64,000 bases of DNA from Geminicoccaceae bacterium (GCA_039808865.1 JBDHTW010000014.1:12-64011), one strand, 5' to 3'. Positions 37,461-47,199 are shown, counted from the stretch's first letter. Translations and numbers: made by a program. Notes: generated by a model from the sequence alone, not told the origin.

Positions 37461-38501
37461 ATGGCGACGGCTGACGTCTTCGGGGACTGCGCGCCGATCT
37501 TCGTCGTCGGTGCGGCACGCTCCGGGACCACGTTGATGCACCGGATGCTGCATGCCCATCCGGACATCGCGTTGATGGACGAGGCCGCATTCTTCGAGGG
37601 CATCTTGAAGGTACGGCCGGTGCTGCCGGACCTGCGCGCTCCCGGAGCGGTCGAGCGCTTCTTCGAGCTTCTGCCACGTATCCAGCACATCCAGCACTGG
37701 AGCGGGATGGACGAGGTCCTGGCCGACGTCCGCATCAGGCTGGCAGCCGATCCCGCGCCGAGCTACGGCCGCTTCTACTTCCTGCTGATGGACGCGTTGG
37801 CCCGGCAGAGCGGCGCCCGGCGCTGCGGCGACAAGACACCGGAGAACATCCGCTATCTGCCCGAGCTGGCGGCCATGTTCCCGCGCTGCCAGATCATCCA
37901 CATGGTGCGCGATCCGCGCGGCAACATCGCCTCGCGCTTGCGGCTCGACTGGGCGTCCAACGATATCCTGAGCAACGCCGTGAAGTGGAAGCTTGACGTC
38001 CGCGCCGGCCGCCGCTTCGGCCGGACGGCCCCGGCCGGCCGCTATCTCGAGGTCAAGTACGAAGAGCTGGTCGGTGCGCCGGAGGCGACGCTGCAGCGCG
38101 TGTGCACATTCCTCGGCGAGGCTTACCGGCCGGAGATGCTGCAGTTCTACGAGTCGAAATCGGTGCTGTTCAAGAACGAGCCGTGGAAGGACACGACCTT
38201 CGCGCCGGTGACGACGAACTATATCGAGACGTGGCGCAAGTCCTTGAGTCCGGCACAGCTCTTCTTGATCGAGCGTGTCGTCGGCAACGAGCTGCGCGAG
38301 TTCGGCTATGCCCTGTCGCCGTGGCGCGCCGTGGACGTCCCGGCTGCGGCCCCACAATTGGTTCGCGAGCTGGCGAGCTGGGTCGGTCACAAGCGGCGTG
38401 AGCGACGGCTGCGACGCGAGCAGCCCGAAGTTGAATTCTTCGTCGGCAATTCGTTGACGGCCAAGGTGCTGCAGCAGGTGCGTGGCCGGACGCCTTACTG
38501 A
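37461..38501 (+). CDS. PAPS-dependent sulfotransferase (Sulfotransfer_3-like)
   Basis: 5'-PSB motif GAARSGTT, GDKTP, 3'-PB motif MVRDPR, VKYEELV. Confidence 0.9.
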   Translation: MATADVFGDCAPIFVVGAARSGTTLMHRMLHAHPDIALMDEAAFFEGILKVRPVLPDLRAPGAVERFFELLPRIQHIQHWSGMDEVLADVRIRLAADPAPSYGRFYFLLMDALARQSGARRCGDKTPENIRYLPELAAMFPRCQIIHMVRDPRGNIASRLRLDWASNDILSNAVKWKLDVRAGRRFGRTAPAGRYLEVKYEELVGAPEATLQRVCTFLGEAYRPEMLQFYESKSVLFKNEPWKDTTFAPVTTNYIETWRKSLSPAQLFLIERVVGNELREFGYALSPWRAVDVPAAAPQLVRELASWVGHKRRERRLRREQPEVEFFVGNSLTAKVLQQVRGRTPY

Positions 38502-38727
38502 GCTGCGGCTGAACGCGCCCTTGATCGACGCGCGGTATCGATGCACGACCGTACTGGGTTCAGCTCTTGATAACAAGTCGGCGACGATCGGTCAGGCGAA
38601 GCTGTTTGCTACTCGGTTGCATCTTTTTCGCGCGGAGCAACCCGTGGTAAGGGCTTTGCCAATTGGTCGGGCCGTGCGCGCATGGCCAAAGCTGGCGACC
38701 CCGCCAAGCCATTGAGGAGCGTGAGCA

Positions 38728-39672
38728 TTGCCCCGTGTGAGCATCGGCATCCCGGTCTTCAACGGCGAGAATTTTCTGGAGGACGCGATCCGCTCGGTTC
38801 TGGCGCAGAGCTACCAGGACCTGGAGCTGGTGATCGCGGACAACGCGTCGACGGACCGGACGGCGGAGATCGGGCGGGACTTTGCCGCCAGCGACGGTCG
38901 GGTCCGCTACCTGCGCAACGAGCGCAACCTGGGCGCGGCGCCGAACTACAACCTGGTCTGGGAGCAGAGCCGCGGCAGCCTGTTCAAGTGGCTGTCGCAC
39001 GACGACCGGATTTTGCCGGAGTTCGTGGCGCAGACGGTGGCGGCGCTGGACGCCGAGCCGGACGCGGTGCTGGCCAACGGCCTGGTCGAGTACATCGACG
39101 CCCAGGGCAAGGTCTTCGCGCACTATCCGAGTGTCCTCGGCGCGGCCGGTGGCCCGTCGCCGGCGCAGCGCTTCGCCGCCATGGTGCTGCGCTCGCATTC
39201 GTGCGTGGACTTCTTCGGCATGGTGCGGCGCGAGGCCATGCAGGGCTCGCTGCTGCATGCGAGCTTCCACGGCGCCGACCGGGCGTTCCTGGCGCAGATG
39301 GCGCTGCGTGGCCGGCTGCTGCAGCTGCAGCAGCCCCTGGTGCAGATGCGCGAGCACCAGAGCCGCTACACCCGCAGCAAGGTCGACGCCCGGACCCGGC
39401 AGCTCTGGCACGACAGCAGCGCCAAGCGGGCACCTCGACTGCCGACGCTGCATCTGTACCGTCAGTACCTGCACATGGTGCAGCAGGAGCAGCTGAGCCC
39501 GGCGGAACGGCGGCGCTGTATGCAGGTGCTGGCGCGCTGGTGGTTCAACAACTGGAACGCGGTCCGGGTCGGCACCGACGCACTGGGTCTGGTGCTGCCG
39601 GGAATCGTCGGCCATGCCGAACGCGTGAAGACCCGCGTGTTCGGATTGGCCCCGGGACACTTCGTCCGCTGA
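38728..39672 (+). CDS. GT2 family glycosyltransferase
   Basis: VSIGIPVFNGE, DNASTD, NLGAAPN, WLSHDD (DxD-like); TTG start after GAGGAG. Confidence 0.92.
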   Translation: MPRVSIGIPVFNGENFLEDAIRSVLAQSYQDLELVIADNASTDRTAEIGRDFAASDGRVRYLRNERNLGAAPNYNLVWEQSRGSLFKWLSHDDRILPEFVAQTVAALDAEPDAVLANGLVEYIDAQGKVFAHYPSVLGAAGGPSPAQRFAAMVLRSHSCVDFFGMVRREAMQGSLLHASFHGADRAFLAQMALRGRLLQLQQPLVQMREHQSRYTRSKVDARTRQLWHDSSAKRAPRLPTLHLYRQYLHMVQQEQLSPAERRRCMQVLARWWFNNWNAVRVGTDALGLVLPGIVGHAERVKTRVFGLAPGHFVR

Positions 39673-39728
39673 GCCGGCGGCGAGGGTGCCGCTGCCCCCT
39701 CACCTGCCTCCCGCACGGACGAGCGGTG

Positions 39729-40226
39729 CTACGCGCGCTCTGCGTCCGCCGGCGCGGCGAGCCTGTCTTCACCACGGCCGAGCTTGTCGGGCAGCGGCTG
39801 CTGCAGCGGGACGAACTCCAGCGCCACGGAGTTGATGCAGTAGCGATGCCCGGTCGGTGGCGGGCCGTCGGGGAAGACGTGACCCTGGTGGCTGCCACAG
39901 CGTGCGCACAAGGTCTCGATGCGGATCATCCCGTAGCTGGTATCGCGCTTCAGCTGCACATGGCCTTCGGCATAGGGTGCATTGAAACTCGGCCAGCCCG
40001 TGCCGCTCTCGAACTTGGTCGTGGCGGCGAACAGGGGCAGGCCGCAGAGCTTGCAACAGTAGGTCCCCGCCTGCTTGTTGCCCAGCAGCGTGCCGCAGAA
40101 CGGGGCTTCGGTGCCATGGCTCAAGAGCACACGACGCTCCTCGGCGCTGAGCGCCGCCTCGAGAGTCCGGCGCTGCTGCGGTGAGGGCGGGGTGAGATCG
40201 AAGCCGGCGGTGACGGCGTCTGACAT
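39729..40226 (-). CDS. msrB: Peptide-methionine (R)-S-oxide reductase
   Basis: GTEAPF, CKLCG and CARCG Zn pairs, GWPSF, GHVFPDGP, RYCINS. Confidence 0.95.
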   Translation of the reverse strand: MSDAVTAGFDLTPPSPQQRRTLEAALSAEERRVLLSHGTEAPFCGTLLGNKQAGTYCCKLCGLPLFAATTKFESGTGWPSFNAPYAEGHVQLKRDTSYGMIRIETLCARCGSHQGHVFPDGPPPTGHRYCINSVALEFVPLQQPLPDKLGRGEDRLAAPADAERA

Positions 40227-40244
40227 GGGGAACGTCCTTCTGGG

Positions 40245-40865
40245 CTAGCTTGCGCGGCGGGCGGCAGCATCCTTCAGCCGGTCGCCGTGCACTTGGCGCA
40301 GCTTCTTGACCTTGGGTTCGGCGACGGCACGGATGTAGGGCTGTTCGGGATTCCGCGCCGCATAGCCGTGATGATAAGCCTCAGCCTCGTAGAAGGCGGT
40401 CAGCGGCTCGAGCGTCGTCTGCACCTTGGCGTCGAAGATGCCGGCCCGATCGATCTGCCGGATATAGGCCGCCGCCACGTCGCGCTGCCCCTCGTCGGCA
40501 TAGAAGATCGCCGAGCGGTACTGGCGGCCGACATCATGGCCCTGGCGATCCTTCTGGGTCGGATCGTGCGCGATCGAGAAGAACATCTTCAGGATTTGGC
40601 CCATGCTGATCCGGGCCGGATCATAGGTGATCTCGATCGCCTCCGCATGGTCGGTGCGACCACCGCACACCGTGCGATAGTCGGCGGTCTCGGCGGTGCC
40701 GCCGGCATAACCCGGACGCACGGCGAGCACACCGTCGAGCTGCGCATAGACGGCCTCGGTGCACCAGAAGCAGCCGCCGGCGAGAACCAGCTTCGCCGGC
40801 GCCGGCCCGGCCGGCAGATCCTGCTCGGGATCGGGAAACGACCAGGGATCGATCTTCAGCGCCAT
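40245..40865 (-). CDS. msrA: Peptide-methionine (S)-S-oxide reductase
   Basis: GGCFWCTE, GYAGG, DHAEAI, HDPTQ.DRQG.DVG.QYRSAIF, AEAYH. Confidence 0.95.
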   Translation of the reverse strand: MALKIDPWSFPDPEQDLPAGPAPAKLVLAGGCFWCTEAVYAQLDGVLAVRPGYAGGTAETADYRTVCGGRTDHAEAIEITYDPARISMGQILKMFFSIAHDPTQKDRQGHDVGRQYRSAIFYADEGQRDVAAAYIRQIDRAGIFDAKVQTTLEPLTAFYEAEAYHHGYAARNPEQPYIRAVAEPKVKKLRQVHGDRLKDAAARRAS

Positions 40866-41040
40866 GGCTTCCTCCGTACAACCGGCTGGGCATGCAGATG
40901 GCGATGCGGCACCGCGTTTTGCAGTGGCGGCCATGCCGGCGCAATCTCCCATGCGCGTGAGGACGATGGCGGATGCGCTTATCAAGACCGCCATCGGCAG
41001 CTAAAGGCATCCAACAAGCTGCCGCAAGGACGAGGGAAGC

Positions 41041-42030
41041 ATGCGCTCGATCAGGATCGTGTCGGCTGCGGCGGCGCTGACGCTGGCGTGCCTGCTGCCA
41101 CAGCCGGGCTTCGCCGACGACAGCTCCGTGCCCGAGCAGATCGTCGACACCATGAACCAGCTCTGGGGCCGGCATCCCGGCATCCGCGCCAACCATGCCA
41201 AGGGGATCGTGGTCGAAGGCAGCTTCGTCCCCAGCGCCGAAGGTGCGAAGCTGAGCACGGCCATCGTGTTCAAGAGCGGAACGATCCCCGTGATCGCCCG
41301 GTTTTCGGACGCGACGGGCCTGCCCACGATCGCGGACGGCAGCGCCAACGCCAACCCGCACGGGTTCGCCGTCCGCTTCCAGCTGCCGGACGGCGGCGAG
41401 ATGGATGTCGTCACCAACTCGCTGGCATTCTTTCCGGTGGCCACCGGCGAGGAGTTCCGCGATCTGCTGCAGGCGGTGGCGATGACCGGACCGGATGCCG
41501 CCAAGCCCACGCCGGTCGAGCGCTTCATGGCGGCACACCCGGCCGCGCCGCAGGCCTTCGCCAGCGTGGCCACGCCCACGAGTTTCGCGCGCGAGATCTA
41601 CAACGGCGTCAACGCCTTCGTGTTCGTCGACGCTGCGGAGAAGCGGCAGCCGTTCCGCTTCCAGCTGGTTCCGGTCGAAGGCGCGGAACATCTGAGCGCC
41701 GCCGAAGCGGCCAAGCGGGGTCCGGATTTTCTGACCGAAGAGCTGCGCGCGCGCCTGGCCAAGCAGCCGGTGGCGTTCCGCCTGCTCGCCCAGCTCGCCG
41801 AGCCCGGCGATCCGATCGACGACGCGACCAAGCCCTGGCCGGCCGAGCGCCGCGAGGTCGATCTCGGCACGATCACCCTGACCAAGCCGGTGGCCGACAA
41901 CGCGGCGGCCGAGAAGGAGCTGCTGTTCCTGCCCAGCAACCTCACCGACGGCATCGAACCCTCGGACGACCCGTTGATCGACACCCGCGTCCAAGCCTAT
42001 GCGGTGTCGTTCGACCGACGCTCGCAGTGA
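41041..42030 (+). CDS. Catalase-related peroxidase (SrpA-like), exported
   Basis: Signal peptide; RANHAKG (distal His), ARFS, TNS (distal Asn), proximal R..AY..S..RR. Confidence 0.88.
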   Translation: MRSIRIVSAAAALTLACLLPQPGFADDSSVPEQIVDTMNQLWGRHPGIRANHAKGIVVEGSFVPSAEGAKLSTAIVFKSGTIPVIARFSDATGLPTIADGSANANPHGFAVRFQLPDGGEMDVVTNSLAFFPVATGEEFRDLLQAVAMTGPDAAKPTPVERFMAAHPAAPQAFASVATPTSFAREIYNGVNAFVFVDAAEKRQPFRFQLVPVEGAEHLSAAEAAKRGPDFLTEELRARLAKQPVAFRLLAQLAEPGDPIDDATKPWPAERREVDLGTITLTKPVADNAAAEKELLFLPSNLTDGIEPSDDPLIDTRVQAYAVSFDRRSQ

Positions 42031-42048
42031 GCCTCCGCGCCGGGCGCG

Positions 42049-42471
42049 TCAGCCCGGCGGCGCTTCCCTCCACCCGAGTTGCGCCATGATCTCGGCGGCA
42101 GGCTCGGCCAGGTACGAGGGAATCGGCTCGAGCTCGATCCGGCCGCCATCGGCGCGGATATGGAGCAGCAGGTCGATGTCGGCGGGGCGATCGCGCGTCT
42201 TGCTCGCAGGATGCTCCCGGTCGCGGCCGAGCGCGAGTTCGATCGCGATGCAGTCTGCCTTGCAGGCCGCCGGCTCGAGCCCCGTCGGGACGAACGCGCA
42301 GAAATTGACGAACGGCCGCTGGCTTTCCATGCCGACCGGCTCGGTCACATGGAAACGGCTGAGCAGGATCTCGCCGAAGCGTTGCCGCAGATGCTCGACG
42401 ATCCGTCGCGCGTTGCGCTGCGGATCGAGATTGCTGCCGATGCCGAGGACATAGCCCGGAGCGAGGTGCAT
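42049..42471 (-). CDS. folK: FolK/HPPK-like pterin pyrophosphokinase (short, divergent C-terminus)
   Basis: LGIGSNL, S.F..TEPVG, FVN, IELALGRDR, RPADIDLL (two Mg-binding Asp). Confidence 0.78.
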   Translation of the reverse strand: MHLAPGYVLGIGSNLDPQRNARRIVEHLRQRFGEILLSRFHVTEPVGMESQRPFVNFCAFVPTGLEPAACKADCIAIELALGRDREHPASKTRDRPADIDLLLHIRADGGRIELEPIPSYLAEPAAEIMAQLGWREAPPG

Positions 42472-42491
42472 CGCGGATCGGCTCCGGCCGC

Positions 42492-43001
42492 TCAGCGCAC
42501 TTCGAGCGCGGTCAACTGCCAGATCGACTTGAAGTTCTGCGAATCGGCCTGGAACTCGGGATACTGATCACTCGGCAGGATGACCCATAGCGGCCCGCGG
42601 TCCCGAAGCCGCAACGGTTTGCCATCCTGCTCGAGCGCGATCAGGATCGGGTAGCGCCGCATTTCGTCGACATCGAGCTCGATCTGATAGCCGTTGGCGG
42701 CGATCGCGCGCAGCTTTTGACCGGTGGCGCCCACGGCGTCGAGCACCTTGCTCATGACGATGCCCCGGAACGTGGGCTTGCCGTCGGTGTAGGGCGTCGA
42801 GGTGGTGAGATCGCTCAACCCGAGCGCCTCGAACATCGCGCGATCGAACTCGGCCTTGCCGGGCGCGTTCGTGTTGGCGATCGCGCCACTGACCGTGAGC
42901 AGCACCGGTCCGGTGGGCGTCGCCAGCGCCTGGGCCCGGGCGTCGTGCCCCAGGACCGTGCAAGCGGCGAGAAACATCAGCGCGAAAAGGCGTGCCATCA
43001 T
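42492..43001 (-). CDS. PruR-like periplasmic pterin-binding protein (Moco-less sulfite-oxidase fold)
   Basis: Signal peptide ending ARA; LLTVSG.I, FDRAM.EAL, T.TPY, AANGY, RDRGPLW, SIWQL..LEV; no Cys in the mature protein. Confidence 0.78.
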   Translation of the reverse strand: MMARLFALMFLAACTVLGHDARAQALATPTGPVLLTVSGAIANTNAPGKAEFDRAMFEALGLSDLTTSTPYTDGKPTFRGIVMSKVLDAVGATGQKLRAIAANGYQIELDVDEMRRYPILIALEQDGKPLRLRDRGPLWVILPSDQYPEFQADSQNFKSIWQLTALEVR

Positions 43002-43058
43002 CCCCACAGTCCCTTTAGAGGGTTGTTGATCAAAGACATCCCTCGCCAGCACCGGCAT

Positions 43059-45644
43059 TCATGCGCTGCGCTCGAGCTGCTGCATCGCGGTGCGACTGAT
43101 TTGAACCACCCGTCCGAGCTCGACCACCAGGTCGGCCACGTCCTCGCCCCGGTCGGCCCGCTCCTCGATCATGCTCGCCAACACCGACACACGGGCAAGA
43201 CCAAAACTGCCCGCCGTTCCCCGCAGGCGATGCGCCAGCTGCAGTAGCCGTTCCCGATCACCCAGAGCTTTGAGCAATAGATCGAAACTTTCAACTGCAC
43301 CGTCCAAGCCACGGCTCATCAGCTTGCGGAACACCTGGGGCGGCACGTTGCGGGCCATGCCTTCGAGCAGCTCGCGGTTGAGCAACGGCTGGTCACTGGC
43401 CATGCTCGGCTCGGTCTCGGGCGACGGCGCGGTCGGGTCGGCCGCCGCGATCTCGGCAAGGGCGGCGAACAGATCGCGCCAGACGATGGGCTTGGTCAGG
43501 CACAGATTCATGCCTGCGGCGAGATAGCGCTCGCGCTCGGCGGTCATCACGTTGGCGGTCAAGGCCAGGATCGGCACATGCGCGGCGGGGCCAGGCAGAC
43601 GACGAATGCGCCGCGTCGCCTCGATGCCGTCCATGACCGGCATCTGCACGTCCATCAGCACGACGTCGAACCGCTCCTCGGCAGCCAGCCGCACGGCGGC
43701 ATTGCCGTCACCTGCCACCACCACCTCGTGCCCGCGGCGGGCGAGCATCTCGGCGAGCAACTCGCGGTTGACGTCGACGTCATCGACGACCAGGACCCGC
43801 AGATGACGGGTGGCCGTTGGCTCGAGATTGCCACGCTGGGCCGCCGCAACGGCGTCGCCCAATCCAAGCGTCAGCTCGAACCAGAACAGGCTGCCCTTCC
43901 CGGGCTCGCTCTCGAGCCCGATCTTGCCGCCCATCGCCTCGACCAGAGACTTGCAGATCACGAGGCCGAGGCCGCTGCCACCATAATTGCGCGTGGTCGA
44001 GCTGTCGGCTTGCACGAAAGGTTGAAACAGCTCCGACTGCCGTGCCCGCGGTATACCGATGCCGGTGTCGCGCACCTCGAAGCGCAGGCGGGTGGTCTCG
44101 CCCTGCGTCGCGAGCTGATGGACGGAAAGCGTGACCGTGCCCCGGGCGGTGAACTTGAGCCCGTTGCCGACAAGGTTGACCAGCACCTGCCGCAGCCGCG
44201 TCGGGTCGCCGCGCACGACCAAGCTTGTCGACGTGATCAGCATGACCCGCAGCTCCAGGCCACGCTCGGCCGCCTGGGGTGCGAGCAGGGAGCGGACCTG
44301 CTCCAAGATCTCGACGATCGGGAAATCGATGCGCTCGAGATCGAGATGCCCGGCCTCGATCCGCGAGAAGTCGAGAATGTCGTTGATGATGCTGAGCAGG
44401 TGACGACCCGAGGTGCGGATCGTATCGACGTAGCGCCGTTGCGTCACCCCCAGCTTCTCGACCGCCAGTAGGTCGGCCATGCCGAGGACGCCCGTCATCG
44501 GTGTCCGGATCTCGTGGCTCATCGCGGCGAGGAACTCGGATTTGGCCCGGTTCGCCCGGTCGGCCATCTCGGCCAGACGGCGCATTTCCTCGGCCTGCTG
44601 CTCGAGCCGCGTCGTGGCCGCGGTCAGTTCGAACTCGCGCCGCTTGAGTTCGCTGATGTCGGTGCACACGCTGACGAAACTGCCGTCCTCGGTCAGCCGA
44701 TCCGAGACCAACAGCCAGCGGCCGTCGTCGAGATGCTCCTCGACGGAACTCACTCGGCTCTGCCGTTCATCCGGGTTGCTGTCCACGGCCGTCCGATAGC
44801 GAAGCAACGGTGGCCTGGACTGCTCCGGGTAGAACTCCTGGTAGCGCTGGTTGCAGAGCACGAGCTTCGCCTTCGCGTCGAAGATCGCGAACCCCTCGCT
44901 GATGCTCTCGATCGCCTGACGCAGCTGCAGCCGCGATCGCTCCGCGTCCCGCCGCGCGGCGGCGGTAAAATGGAGCAGCCGGTGCGTCTGCCACGTCGAC
45001 CGCAGCGCTCCCACCACGACGAGGACCGCCGCGGCGAGGAACAGAACCACGAACATGAGGACATGACGGGTCACGTCCTGGTTCACGACACGCAGGTCTT
45101 CTTGCTGTTCCAGGTTGCTCCGCAGATCCGTGACGGTCAGCCTCTGGACCCGCTCGAGGAACGGCGCGAACTCATGGTAAAGCGCACCGGCGCCGGCCAT
45201 GTCGCCGAAGCGCAGCGCGGCGACGATCGAGTCCGACGCATCGAGCAGGCCGCGCAGACCTTCGATCAGATCCATCGTCTCCGGCTGATCGGCGATCGCG
45301 GCGCCGAGACGGCCGCTTCTGTACATGTCGACCCGGCTCCACAGCAGGTCGAAGCGCTTCTGCAGTTCGGCCGCATCGAACGACGACGTGCCACTGCCAT
45401 ACTGCAGGACCGCGAGCAGAAAGCGCTCCATCTCGAGTTCGAGCTGGGCGGAATTCCAAGCCTGGTTGACGGAGAACTTGACGTTCAGACGATCCTGGAG
45501 CTGTTCATAGCGCGTGATCGAGAACACCAGCAGGCCGGCCAAGGCCAGCACGAGCGCGAACAGCACGACGGACCATGCCGTTGCGGTACGTCGCAGCCGC
45601 TGAATGCTCGCACCTTGATCAGCTTCAGCCGACGTAGTGATCAT
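43059..45644 (-). CDS. Membrane hybrid histidine kinase: TM-periplasmic DcpA-like domain-TM-PAS-HisKA-HATPase-REC-Hpt
   Basis: TM1 about aa 24-43; W-x7-E and RFDLLWSR; TM2; PAS (EGFAIFD..LVLCN...[10 protein letters not shown]); SHEIRTPM; NLVGN..KFT, DTGIGI, GSGLGL; REC (DD..N, MDVQMP, KP); Hpt AHRLRGTAG. Confidence 0.9.
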   Translation of the reverse strand: MITTSAEADQGASIQRLRRTATAWSVVLFALVLALAGLLVFSITRYEQLQDRLNVKFSVNQAWNSAQLELEMERFLLAVLQYGSGTSSFDAAELQKRFDLLWSRVDMYRSGRLGAAIADQPETMDLIEGLRGLLDASDSIVAALRFGDMAGAGALYHEFAPFLERVQRLTVTDLRSNLEQQEDLRVVNQDVTRHVLMFVVLFLAAAVLVVVGALRSTWQTHRLLHFTAAARRDAERSRLQLRQAIESISEGFAIFDAKAKLVLCNQRYQEFYPEQSRPPLLRYRTAVDSNPDERQSRVSSVEEHLDDGRWLLVSDRLTEDGSFVSVCTDISELKRREFELTAATTRLEQQAEEMRRLAEMADRANRAKSEFLAAMSHEIRTPMTGVLGMADLLAVEKLGVTQRRYVDTIRTSGRHLLSIINDILDFSRIEAGHLDLERIDFPIVEILEQVRSLLAPQAAERGLELRVMLITSTSLVVRGDPTRLRQVLVNLVGNGLKFTARGTVTLSVHQLATQGETTRLRFEVRDTGIGIPRARQSELFQPFVQADSSTTRNYGGSGLGLVICKSLVEAMGGKIGLESEPGKGSLFWFELTLGLGDAVAAAQRGNLEPTATRHLRVLVVDDVDVNRELLAEMLARRGHEVVVAGDGNAAVRLAAEERFDVVLMDVQMPVMDGIEATRRIRRLPGPAAHVPILALTANVMTAERERYLAAGMNLCLTKPIVWRDLFAALAEIAAADPTAPSPETEPSMASDQPLLNRELLEGMARNVPPQVFRKLMSRGLDGAVESFDLLLKALGDRERLLQLAHRLRGTAGSFGLARVSVLASMIEERADRGEDVADLVVELGRVVQISRTAMQQLERSA

Positions 45645-45907
45645 GAATGTCGTGGCTTCGCCCGCGGCACGAAAGTCGCTGCGCGCCCAGGCCTCCCGAG
45701 GGCCAGGTTGCCAGCATCCTGGCCGCATCCGCGCAATCTACTACAGATTGCGGCGTTTCCTTCTTCGACAGAGCCGATCCGAGTAAACCGTAGAGGTGAT
45801 GGGAATCAAGCTGTTTCTATCATGTGTACATCTTCGCGCACGGCGATCCGGGTGCTTTCTCCACGCGCCGCGTCCGGCCACCATCCCGTCATTCCGGAGC
45901 TGTTCCG

Positions 45908-46522
45908 GTGACAGGTGAGCCGGGCTGGCACGCGTATTACGCGGCGACCGACGGCAGGCCGCCGCGGCCGACCCTGCTGCGCGCGTTGGCGGGATTCTCG
46001 GATGCATGCCCGGCCCCGGGACTCCCGGCACTGCTCGCGGCCGACCTCGGCTGCGGCATCGGACGCGATACGCTGGTGCTGCTGCGCGCCGGCTGGCGGG
46101 TCTGGGCGCTGGACGGGCAGGCGGACGCGCTCGCGGAACTGGAGCGCCGAGCCGCCGTCGAAGGGCTGGTCGGCCTCGAGACGGTGCTCGGCCGCTTCGA
46201 GGACACGACCGTGCCGTCCTGCGACCTGATCAATGCCTCGTTCTGCCTGTTCGCCTGTGAGCCGGCTGCATTCAGCAGGGTCTGGTCCGGCCTGCGTGCC
46301 GCCCTACGGCCAGGAGCACGCTTCGCCGGTCAGCTGCTCGGACCGCGCGACAGTTGGGCTGGAAGATCCGATACCACGATCGTCGATCGGGAGACGCTGG
46401 ATGGCATGCTGGCGGGGCTGCGCGTCGAGCATCTCGAGGAGGAGGAGAGCGACGCCGTGACGCCGCGCGGCGAGGCGAAGCATTGGCACATCTGGCACGT
46501 CAATGCGCACCGTCCGCTATGA
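45908..46522 (+). CDS. Class I SAM-dependent methyltransferase (TehB-like)
   Basis: AADLGCGIGRD, WALDG, GRFED; GTG start after GGAG. Confidence 0.82.
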   Translation: MTGEPGWHAYYAATDGRPPRPTLLRALAGFSDACPAPGLPALLAADLGCGIGRDTLVLLRAGWRVWALDGQADALAELERRAAVEGLVGLETVLGRFEDTTVPSCDLINASFCLFACEPAAFSRVWSGLRAALRPGARFAGQLLGPRDSWAGRSDTTIVDRETLDGMLAGLRVEHLEEEESDAVTPRGEAKHWHIWHVNAHRPL

Positions 46523-47125
46523 GCCGGTCCGGCCGCCGAAGCTCAGCCGGTTCTCCTGCCCCCGCAGCAGCCGGCCGATATTGTCGCGATGCTTGAGGAC
46601 GATCAGGGCCGCCACCAGCAGGTAGAGCCAGGCAGCAGGTCCGTTGCCGAGCAGGAGCGCTGCCAAGGGTGCCAGGCAGGCTGCGGTGATGGAGCCCAGC
46701 GAGACCCAGCGGGTCGCGGCGACGACAGCGATGAATCCGATCAGGATCAGCGGGAACACCACCGGGGTGAGACCCAGCACCACGCCGCCGGCAGTGGCGA
46801 CGCCCTTGCCGCCCTTGAAGCCGAGCCAGACCGGGTAGCAGTGGCCGACGATCGCCCCGGCTCCGGCCATGACCGCACCCCAGGGGCCGAGCCACGCCAA
46901 GCCGAGCGCGGTCGGCAGGCCGCCCTTGGCGAGATCGAGCAGCAGGGTGGCCAGCGCCAGACCCTTGCGCCCGGTGCGCAGCACGTTGGTGGCGCCGATG
47001 TTGCCCGAGCCGATGGCACGGATGTCGCCTGCCCCCGCCCAGCGGGTCAGCAAGAGCCCGAACGGGATCGAGCCGAGGCCGTAGCCGGCCAGCAACGCCA
47101 GGGCCCAAGGCCACCATTCGCTCAT
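46517..47125 (-). CDS. plsY: Glycerol-3-phosphate acyltransferase (acyl-phosphate dependent)
   Basis: YGLGSIPFG, GSGNIGATNVLR, GHCYPVWLGFKGGKGVAT, KHRDNI.RL..G.E. Confidence 0.95.
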   Translation of the reverse strand: MSEWWPWALALLAGYGLGSIPFGLLLTRWAGAGDIRAIGSGNIGATNVLRTGRKGLALATLLLDLAKGGLPTALGLAWLGPWGAVMAGAGAIVGHCYPVWLGFKGGKGVATAGGVVLGLTPVVFPLILIGFIAVVAATRWVSLGSITAACLAPLAALLLGNGPAAWLYLLVAALIVLKHRDNIGRLLRGQENRLSFGGRTGS

Positions 47126-47199
47126 CAGCTTGCCTCCACCGCGAGCGCCGCTCCTACCACGCCAGCGGCAGCGGACCAAGCGGCCGCGGTCCCCAGCGA

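Noticed and set aside
42492-43001. Annotation as a catalytic molybdoenzyme (MsrP/YedY) partnering msrAB
   Set aside because: It is too short, has no Tat motif, no Mo-ligating Cys and no msrQ; a PruR-type pterin-binding role fits better.
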